This document shows positions 6,820 to 12,310 of a stretch of 12,310 nucleotides of DNA, one piece after another. The stretch's first letter is position 1. Each line of letters starts with the position of its first letter. Position numbers and translations under genes: made by a program. The stretch is from Candidatus Iainarchaeum sp. (lineage in GTDB: Archaea > Iainarchaeota > Iainarchaeia > Iainarchaeales > GCA-2688035), in contig JAQTNI010000039.1 of NCBI GenBank assembly GCA_028713935.1, positions 1 to 12,310 of the forward strand, read 5' to 3'. The notes beneath the pieces are model-generated. The model saw only the letters and a list, made by a program, of their open reading frames with translations, did no database searches and was not told the origin of the DNA.

Positions 6820-6930
6820 TTAGAGTGGATTTCCACTGTTAGTATTTTTCATTGCGCTGTGCTGATGCTCCCCAACAACCCTATATTGCTGCTTTACATA
6901 ATTTTCAACAAGCTTTTTTGGGATTTTCAT
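6820..6930 (-). pseudogene. Orphan 5' fragment of a Taw1/TYW1-like gene (36 codons, then TAA)
   Basis: My own translation is MKIPKKLVENYVKQQYRVVGEHQHSAMKNTNSGNPL*. The segment KQQYRVVGEHQHSAMK aligns with HQHYKIVGKH--SAVK at the N-terminus of the intact taw1 in this window: 8 identities and 3 conservative substitutions over 14 aligned positions. It lies 53 nt downstream of the preceding same-strand gene, where a normal gene start would be expected. Confidence 0.55.
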
Positions 6931-6983
6931 TGTTTCAGGCCCCTGAAAAAAATTGTGGAAAAAACAATTAAAAAATAGCGGAA

Positions 6984-7670
6984 TCAATGCCTAAGCCTGC
7001 GCCTAAAGAATTTTCCTGTAACGGGTTGTAAAGCAGGCTTAGGCACTCGCACAGGCTTCATGCGCTCTAATAATTGTCTTAACCTTTCACTAACTTTTCT
7101 GCACTCAACTTCCGGTGCTTTTGGCTTTCGCAGTGTTCCGCGCCAGCGCCAGAGCAATTTCCGCGGGTCCAGGGAAACGTTTAATCCTGCTTTTCCTCTC
7201 CAGCCTTCCTGAGCTTTTAACAGTTTGAATTCGAGCGGAGTAACACGGCGAAAAATAATGTCTCCGTTTCGGGTAACAGAAAAAATCGGGTGAGTTTCAG
7301 CAACAACCGCAGGATTAATCCAGTCTGGAGGATATGCTTTTTCATTTTGGGTTTGTAACAGACCAAACGTTTTGGCTGTTTCTGCAATTGCAATGTGTGT
7401 CTCTTGAATAGCTTGTGCAAATTTGGTTCGCAATAGTCCTCCCACTAATGCATGCGAACCAAAGCCTCCAGCCCATGCGTACTTTTTACTAAGTGCCGCG
7501 TAAATCCCATACCCAAGCATTTCCAATCCGGTTACTTCCACTAGGCCCCTGCTGACACGAATAGTTCTTAGGGAACCGATGGCTTCCTGTATGACAGGAT
7601 TCAAATCCTTGAATTTGATGCGCACAGCATTTTTTTTGAGGATTTGTGCGCGCTGCCAATTTGAAAGCAT
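6984..7670 (-). CDS. Hypothetical protein (228 aa) with a Gly/Ala-rich hydrophobic segment and a basic C-terminus
   Basis: Clean long ORF and the most GC-rich part of the window (34/60 in 7141-7200). A TTTTAAA box lies about 23-29 nt upstream of the ATG, suggesting a leaderless start. It contains the segment GLEMLGYGIYAALSKKYAWAGGFGSHALVGGLL. I recognise no family. Confidence 0.65.
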   Translation of the reverse strand: MLSNWQRAQILKKNAVRIKFKDLNPVIQEAIGSLRTIRVSRGLVEVTGLEMLGYGIYAALSKKYAWAGGFGSHALVGGLLRTKFAQAIQETHIAIAETAKTFGLLQTQNEKAYPPDWINPAVVAETHPIFSVTRNGDIIFRRVTPLEFKLLKAQEGWRGKAGLNVSLDPRKLLWRWRGTLRKPKAPEVECRKVSERLRQLLERMKPVRVPKPALQPVTGKFFRRRLRH

Positions 7671-7854
7671 AAAATAATTATGTTTGAGGAGTTTAAAAAC
7701 TATTGGGAATTGGCAAGTTGCTTTATGGCAGGAAAAAAGGCAAAATGTGTGCTTCCGCCCCTTTATGTAGAACGGCTCGTGAAAAGATTTATAAAGAAGT
7801 AGTGCGTTTTATTAATTAGTAAAAATTACAATTATTTTTGTGTAAAAAAAAGGG

Positions 7855-8133
7855 GTGAAATTTGTGTACAAGTACACTGTTGCAAGGCAGCTAGCTACTA
7901 AAAGAGTAATAACAAACCGCGGTGACGAAGTCGGCAAACTGGCTGATTTCATGGTTGATGAACGCACAGGCGAAATAATCTGCTTAATAGTTGAATTGGA
8001 CAGGGACAGCAAGGTAACAAGAAAACTCGCAAGCAAGAGCAGAACCCTGAATATTCCATATTCGGCAGTAACCGCTGTAAGCGATGTTTTTATTGTGGAT
8101 GAAAGGGAATTAGCAAACGCAGAAGCAGACTAA
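7855..8133 (+). CDS. PRC-barrel domain protein (92 aa; the start may be GTG 7864)
   Basis: VITNRGDEVGKLADFMVDERTGEIICLIVEL fits the PRC-barrel pattern (G..lG.v.d..vD..tG.i..lvv). AGGGGTGA (7851-7858) is SD-like for the in-frame GTG at 7864. Confidence 0.8.
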   Translation: MKFVYKYTVARQLATKRVITNRGDEVGKLADFMVDERTGEIICLIVELDRDSKVTRKLASKSRTLNIPYSAVTAVSDVFIVDERELANAEAD

Positions 8134-8159
8134 AGCCTTTTCTTGGAAAGAAAAGCCTT
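8133..8159 (+). terminator. Hairpin and T-tract immediately after the PRC-barrel gene stop
   Basis: CTTTTCTT (8137-8144) pairs with AAGAAAAG (8148-8155) around loop GGA, and three further pairs follow one mismatch. The 5' arm is itself an oligo-T tract. Confidence 0.3.
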
Positions 8160-8264
8160 GGAAAAAGAACAATTTGCTCCGCAAATTGAATGCTTCGCAA
8201 AAGCCTTTTTGAAAATCCCGCATTAACAATTATTCGCAAGCTAATTATTATGATTAGCATCAGA

Positions 8265-9371
8265 TTAGCCTAATTCTACGATTAACCTGCTTTTTTTCAA
8301 ATCAAAAGATTTTACAAAAGAAAAATTTTTCATTTTATACATAAGGTCTTTTTCGCTTATTTTGCCCTTTGCTTCCCGCAAAATTTCCAAAACCTGCTTC
8401 AATTCAAGGTAATGCACAAAAATCGCTTCGCCTTTTTTGGCACTGGTTTCTGCCTGCTGTTCCAGCCTTGTTTTTGCCTCAAGCTGGGTTGCAAGGCTTT
8501 TTTGCAGCTCCAAAAGCTTTTTTTCGCCTGCAAGGGAAATTGTTTTTTCTTTTTTTCCAAAAAAATCCTTGCAAAAAATTTCTTCAAAGGCATTTTGCAA
8601 AGAACTGAAAGAAGAAATTGTTTTTGCAGAGCCGAAGGCAAAGGGCAGTGCAATTTTTTCAGAACCGCTTTCTGCAAGCACTGGCTTCAGCCTTGCTGAA
8701 TCAATTGAATAAAAAAAGCGGATTTTTTCCGCAATCAGGCCTAATTGTTTTTCCGGCAATTTTTTTGCGGGAGTTTCTTTTGGAATTCCGCATTCAAGCA
8801 GGGCTTCTTCCGCAACAACAGGCGCAATGTTCAGGTTTTTCACTAGCTCTTTCACTATTTCAAAATCGGAATTCCTGAATTTTTCAAAATTTTCAGGGGA
8901 AGCTTCAACAGGGGAAATTCCTTTTGAGCTTGGTGCCCTGTAAAAAGCGCCTTTTTCAAGAGCCCTGTCTTTCCAGTGCTCCCTGCGCAGCACCCCTAAA
9001 ATTTTCATTGCCCTGTCAGTGAGAATGACGTTTCCTTTTGCAAACAGCTCTAAAACCAGAAAAAAATCCTGGAATTCAAAAAAAACAATTCTGTCAAAAT
9101 TTTGCTGAAAAATCCGCATTATTTTTTTTCCTTCAAGATGTTTCCTCAAAAAACCCCCAAAGCCCGAAGAAACCTGCTTTGCTGGCATTGGATAATCGGA
9201 AAGGAAAAAAACCTGCTGTGCAATAATCAAATCCTTTTGGCCCTGCTTTGAATGGAGCTTTATTTTGAGCCAATTGTTTTCAAGCTCCTGGACTTTTCTC
9301 ACAATGCTGTTTTCAATTACCGGCTTTGATTCCGCAACAGCATAGGCAAGAGTCAGATTGGGGATTTGCAT
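8265..9371 (-). CDS. NFACT-N (RqcH/Rqc2/FbpA-like) protein, short form of 368 aa from ATG 9371
   Basis: The N-terminus MQIPNLTLAYAVAESKPVIENSIVRKVQELENNWLKIKL and the FDRIVFFEF block, which carries the conserved Asp-Arg pair, fit NFACT-N. This is followed by an HhH-like region (IVKELVKNLNIAPVVAEEALLECGI) and a coiled coil. The track start (TTG 9410) adds 13 unlikely residues. Confidence 0.8.
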   Translation of the reverse strand: MQIPNLTLAYAVAESKPVIENSIVRKVQELENNWLKIKLHSKQGQKDLIIAQQVFFLSDYPMPAKQVSSGFGGFLRKHLEGKKIMRIFQQNFDRIVFFEFQDFFLVLELFAKGNVILTDRAMKILGVLRREHWKDRALEKGAFYRAPSSKGISPVEASPENFEKFRNSDFEIVKELVKNLNIAPVVAEEALLECGIPKETPAKKLPEKQLGLIAEKIRFFYSIDSARLKPVLAESGSEKIALPFAFGSAKTISSFSSLQNAFEEIFCKDFFGKKEKTISLAGEKKLLELQKSLATQLEAKTRLEQQAETSAKKGEAIFVHYLELKQVLEILREAKGKISEKDLMYKMKNFSFVKSFDLKKSRLIVELG

Positions 9372-9444
9372 TAAAGAAACAGGGAACTTCAGGTTTAAAT
9401 AATTAAGCAATTATTTCTTAATTAACTGAATTGTAAAAATAACA

Positions 9445-9888
9445 GTGGCGAAAAGAATGGTTGAAATTTACAAGGGGCGGAACAGGAGAAAAACAATAAG
9501 GAGAAAACACTGGGAATCGCTTAGGCCTGAAAAAGGCATGAATTTTTTTCTTTATACTGGCAAATCCGGGTCTGTGGGCGGTTTTGACGAGCGCGAAAGA
9601 AAGGAAAGAAGAAAACCCACTTTAAAGGGATTTAAACTCCAGTTGGGTGAAATCAAAAAGGATTATGAAAAAATCACAAGGCAAAGAATAATTATTGAGA
9701 GGCAAAGGTTCCTGAAAATTTTCAGGGATTTGAACGAAGCGAAAAGAACAGCAAATGCGCTCCTAATGCAATACAAAAGCATAAAACAGTATGATACAAC
9801 AGAAGTGCGGGCAAGAATACATGGGGAAATCAGGGAATTGGAGCAAATCAGGGCAGAATGTGAAAGAATTGATGCAGAAAGGAAGTAA
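9445..9888 (+). CDS. Hypothetical K/R/E-rich coiled-coil protein (147 aa from GTG 9445, or 143 aa from ATG 9457)
   Basis: The ORF fills the gap between divergent and convergent neighbours. It has no family signature and no clear SD. Confidence 0.5.
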   Translation: MAKRMVEIYKGRNRRKTIRRKHWESLRPEKGMNFFLYTGKSGSVGGFDERERKERRKPTLKGFKLQLGEIKKDYEKITRQRIIIERQRFLKIFRDLNEAKRTANALLMQYKSIKQYDTTEVRARIHGEIRELEQIRAECERIDAERK

Positions 9889-9898
9889 GAAACAGCCA

Positions 9899-11095
9899 TT
9901 AACCCATAAATTTCAGCATTATTTTTGCCAATCCAGGCCTCTTGACAAGTTTTTTTCCAAGGAGAATAAGCTTTCCCTTTTTATTCATGTCAGCAGAAGC
10001 AATTTTTAGAACATCGTCAATTGTAACTGATTCTGCAAGATAATCAAAATCTTCATTGCTTAATTGTTCAAGCAAATGCCTGACTTTCAGCTTTTTTTTC
10101 AGTTCATTGCCCCTTGTTTCATACCACAAGGAATTGTATTTTGACAAAAATTTTTCCGAAAAATCCTTTTTCTTCACGGCTTCTGCTGCAACTTCAGCGC
10201 AAAGCATTCCTGCTTCCATTGCAATTCCAATGCCACCGCCATGAACAGGGTCTACATGATGCGCAGCATCCCCTGCAACCATCAAATTGTCCTTAACCAT
10301 ATTATCCAAAAAACCGCCGACAGGAATAACTCCTGCATTAACCTCAATAACAGAGCCTTTTGCAAGCCCTGGCTTTGAAGCAATAAACTTGTCCAGATAA
10401 AATTTTGCGGTTTCTTTTTGGGTTCCGCCAATCCCAATGCCGACATTCGCAGTATGTGGTCTTTTAAAAAAAACCCAAACATACCCGCGTGGTGCTATAT
10501 CTGTTCCGAAAAAAAAGTGAATGTGCTTTTCATTGCAGCCAGAAATGTTTGTCATTTCATATTGATAGCCGGAATCAACATCAACAAGCTTGTTTGCTGT
10601 GTTCAGGCCAAGCTGCCTTGCAACCAAAGAATCAATGCCATCAGATGCAATAACCAGATTGCAGGAAAATTCCTTCTGTTCTCCGCCCTGGTTAACCTTG
10701 AGAACAACCAGTCCATTTTCACGCTTTGCTTCAATGACATCTGATTTCACAATTATTTTTGCGCCTTTTTTTGCTGCTTCAATTGCAAGGTGCTTTTCAA
10801 AAATTTTTCTTTCCAAAACAAAGCCCTGCAATTTGCCGGATTTCAATTCAACTGTTTTTCCATTCGGGCTGTAAAGAGTTGCGCCAAAAACTTTTTGGAC
10901 AGCCCACTCCTTGTTAGGCTTAAGATTCAGGCGCTTGAACCATGCCATTCCAAGGCCTTCAGCGCATCTTTTGGGGGGCCCGATTTCCTGTTTCCTGTCA
11001 AGGCCCAAAACTTTCAATTTTTTTTCAGCAAGGGTTTTGCAGGCAGTCAGGCCAGCAGGGCCAAGACCGACAACAATCACATCAAAATGTTCCAT
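9899..11095 (-). CDS. Geranylgeranyl reductase family flavoprotein (digeranylgeranylglycerophospholipid reductase-like), 398 aa
   Basis: N-terminal FAD fold DVIVVGLGPAGLTAC..L..LDRK, then RCAEGL, VIASDGIDSLVARQLGL, and GDAAHHVDPVHGGGIGIAMEAG. These are all characteristic GGR-family blocks. Confidence 0.9.
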   Translation of the reverse strand: MEHFDVIVVGLGPAGLTACKTLAEKKLKVLGLDRKQEIGPPKRCAEGLGMAWFKRLNLKPNKEWAVQKVFGATLYSPNGKTVELKSGKLQGFVLERKIFEKHLAIEAAKKGAKIIVKSDVIEAKRENGLVVLKVNQGGEQKEFSCNLVIASDGIDSLVARQLGLNTANKLVDVDSGYQYEMTNISGCNEKHIHFFFGTDIAPRGYVWVFFKRPHTANVGIGIGGTQKETAKFYLDKFIASKPGLAKGSVIEVNAGVIPVGGFLDNMVKDNLMVAGDAAHHVDPVHGGGIGIAMEAGMLCAEVAAEAVKKKDFSEKFLSKYNSLWYETRGNELKKKLKVRHLLEQLSNEDFDYLAESVTIDDVLKIASADMNKKGKLILLGKKLVKRPGLAKIMLKFMG

Positions 11096-11151
11096 AAAAT
11101 CACTTCAGGTTTTTCCCAGGCTTTTTTTAAAAAAGGCTGTTCCATGGCAAA

Positions 11152-11340
11152 TCACTCTTTTAGTCCTTGAATTAATTCATTTGCGCCCACTGGGCAGATT
11201 AACACACAGGCACTGCAATCAATGCATTTTGCATTGTCAATTGAAATTCGGGTTTCATTCAGCTTTATGGCTGAAACAGGGCAAACCCCTACACAGCCAC
11301 CGCAGTACAAGCATTTCTGAAAATTATTTTTTATTCCCAT
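11152..11340 (-). CDS. 2x[4Fe-4S] ferredoxin (62 aa)
   Basis: Two CxxCxxCxxxCP motifs (CLYCGGCVGVCP and CIDCSACVLICP), both within the last 62 codons of track ORF 11152..11640. A TATA-like TTTATATTAA lies about 25-33 nt upstream of ATG 11340. The longer N-terminal extension is low-complexity and overlaps the opposite-strand gene. Confidence 0.85.
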   Translation of the reverse strand: MGIKNNFQKCLYCGGCVGVCPVSAIKLNETRISIDNAKCIDCSACVLICPVGANELIQGLKE

Positions 11341-11428
11341 AAAAAAAACCAATTTTTTACAAATTAATATAAAGTTGATTATAAAAACCAATTTAAACCT
11401 TTTTGGATTTGTTTTATCAGGCAGGAAA

Positions 11429-11716
11429 ATGGCTATTCCAAAAAACTGGTTTCGGAAAAGAATTGACAGTTGGTTAAAAAAGGGAATAGCCGAGCACAGG
11501 GCATACAGAAATTCCGATGTTCTTGATGAAGAAGAAGCACTTAGGCGCGAGCAAGCAGCAGTGAAAGAAGGGCGGATGGCTGATGCCCGCAATGAAGCTG
11601 AAGCTCGGGAAGAATACAGAGGGTTTAGAAAATGGCGCACTAACAGAAAAAAGCGCCTGCAAAAATTAAGGCTCTGGTTCCTCGGAAAAATAAGATTCGG
11701 AAGAGGCGGAAAATAA
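11429..11716 (+). CDS. Hypothetical charged protein (95 aa), first gene of the hypC cluster
   Basis: ATG 11429 is preceded by AGGCAGGA. Its stop overlaps the next start (TAATG at 11714-11718). I recognise no family. Confidence 0.5.
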   Translation: MAIPKNWFRKRIDSWLKKGIAEHRAYRNSDVLDEEEALRREQAAVKEGRMADARNEAEAREEYRGFRKWRTNRKKRLQKLRLWFLGKIRFGRGGK

Positions 11717-11880
11717 TGTGCCTTGCTGTTCCTGGAAAAATTGTTGAATTAAAGAAAAAAGGAAAAATTGCTGTTATTGACTATGGAAAAGAAAAAAGAG
11801 AAGCAGCAAATTTAATCAATGCAAAAATCGGCGACAAAGTAATTGTGCAGCACAAAAATGTAATTGAAAAAATTGATTGA
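11716..11880 (+). CDS. hypC: HypC/HupF-family hydrogenase maturation chaperone, minimal 54-aa form (absent from the ORF track)
   Basis: My own translation is MCLAVPGKIVELKKKGKIAVIDYGKEKREAANLINAKIGDKVIVQHKNVIEKID*. The N-terminal MCLA(V/I)PGK with Cys2 is the HypC signature, and the later GD.V(I/L)V.H...I..ID also fits. A GAGG lies about 9 nt upstream. Confidence 0.75.
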   Translation: MCLAVPGKIVELKKKGKIAVIDYGKEKREAANLINAKIGDKVIVQHKNVIEKID

Positions 11881-11881
11881 A

Positions 11882-12190
11882 ATGAAGCTTAACAATTTAC
11901 AAAAAGCATTGCTACGACAGCTTGTTATCGCGCAAAGAGAAGAATACAGATGGCTACATCTTGCAATGCAAACCGAACTCGAATTGAAAACAGAGGGGTT
12001 TAACATTGTCATACATACAGAAATGGACAAAGCCAAGTTAGATAGAACTGGGAAAAAACTTTTGATGCTTGACGGGCAGTTTGTGCATGAAATGCACAAG
12101 GCAGGCGACTTAGCAGACTCTCTTGAGGTCAAGTGCAAGCAACAGGGAATTCCTGAAGATTTTATCTTTTCAGTAAAACTAAATGTTTAG
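11882..12190 (+). CDS. Hypothetical protein (102 aa from ATG 11882) between hypC and the next gene
   Basis: The ATG begins 1 nt after the hypC stop (TGAaATG). I recognise no family and see no obvious SD. Confidence 0.5.
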   Translation: MKLNNLQKALLRQLVIAQREEYRWLHLAMQTELELKTEGFNIVIHTEMDKAKLDRTGKKLLMLDGQFVHEMHKAGDLADSLEVKCKQQGIPEDFIFSVKLNV

Positions 12191-12203
12191 TGACATCGGA
12201 TAT

Positions 12204-12275
12204 GTCCCCACTTTGAATGCTTTATTTTAAGTGGGAACTCCATCTTTTTGTTAGAACCCAAAAGGAGGAGTTCCC
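12204..12275 (+). promoter_or_regulatory. Two mutually exclusive hairpins, the second sequestering the SD just before the start codon at 12276
   Basis: H1 pairs 12207-12213 CCCACTT with 12229-12235 AAGTGGG, plus two outer pairs. H2 is a perfect 9-bp helix: 12233-12241 GGGAACTCC with 12267-12275 GGAGTTCCC. H1 and H2 share 12233-12238. H2 covers part of the GGAGG SD (12264-12268) and ends at the base before ATG 12276. Confidence 0.4.
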
Positions 12276-12310
12276 ATGAAATATACAAACGATTTTATTG
12301 ATAAAATAGT
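12276..12310 (+). CDS. 5' end of a CDS running off the window (MKYTNDFIDKI...); possibly HypD
   Basis: A strong SD (AAAGGAGGAG) precedes ATG 12276. The position after hypC, and a loose resemblance to HypD N-termini of the M..i.eFrd form, are the only basis for the HypD suggestion. Confidence 0.4.
   Translation, partial: MKYTNDFIDKI

Noticed and set aside
8369-8878. Cluster of five overlapping ORFs in several frames on both strands inside the NFACT gene.
   Set aside because: The local sequence is poor in stop codons in all frames because it is biased towards GC(A/T)-rich and T/A-run repeats. The translations are low-complexity (F/C/K/L-rich). Only the NFACT frame carries conserved motifs.
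10056-11342. Several + strand ORFs of 60-143 aa antisense to the GGR and ferredoxin genes.
   Set aside because: They are shadow ORFs opposite strongly motif-supported genes, and none carries a motif.
11341-11640. N-terminal 100-aa extension of the ferredoxin ORF (track ORF 11152..11640).
   Set aside because: The extension is Ser/Ala/Phe-rich low complexity and overlaps the opposite-strand gene 11429..11716. An internal ATG with a TATA-like box precedes exactly the ferredoxin domain.
1-12310. Scan for CRISPR arrays, IS transposases, integrases, reverse transcriptases, DGR repeats and classic toxin-antitoxin pairs.
   Set aside because: I found no regularly spaced repeats, and no DDE, tyrosine-recombinase, serine-recombinase or RT motifs in any frame. 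The AbiEi-like wHTH (6471..6785) has no adjacent nucleotidyltransferase toxin, so a TA call is not justified.

Overview
AT-rich, gene-dense segment that looks archaeal. The evidence is Taw1/TYW1, a geranylgeranyl reductase with an adjacent small ferredoxin, an NFACT-N protein, a PRC-barrel protein, GGTGAT-type Shine-Dalgarno sites, and TATA-like boxes about 25 nt upstream of several ATGs. An uncultivated small-genome lineage is only an inference. Recognisable genes are taw1 (4237..5178 -), a GGR-family flavoprotein (9899..11095 -) with a 2x[4Fe-4S] ferredoxin (11152..11340 -), a short NFACT-N/RqcH-like protein (8265..9371 -), a PRC-barrel protein (7855..8133 +), a lipobox protein with a DUF333-like C-terminus (2742..3638 +), and a small operon holding a 54-aa HypC-like ORF missing from the ORF track (11716..11880 +). 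The accessory content is two very AT-rich cassettes, each encoding an HTH module plus a two-motif LAGLIDADG endonuclease-like core (102..1515 - and 5132..6785 -). Both are broken into pieces: one by an in-frame TAA plus a frame change, the other by two -1 shifts at homopolymer runs. The best lead is that the second cassette lies between the intact taw1 gene and an orphaned 36-codon copy of a Taw1 N-terminus (6820..6930 -). This suggests the cassette inserted into the 5' end of a protein-coding gene while a complete 5' end was retained or regenerated. I found no rRNA, CRISPR array, transposase or reverse transcriptase. No tRNA can be called, though the GC-rich first 14 nt could be the edge of a structured RNA. 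All family assignments come from motif recognition by eye and need profile searches.
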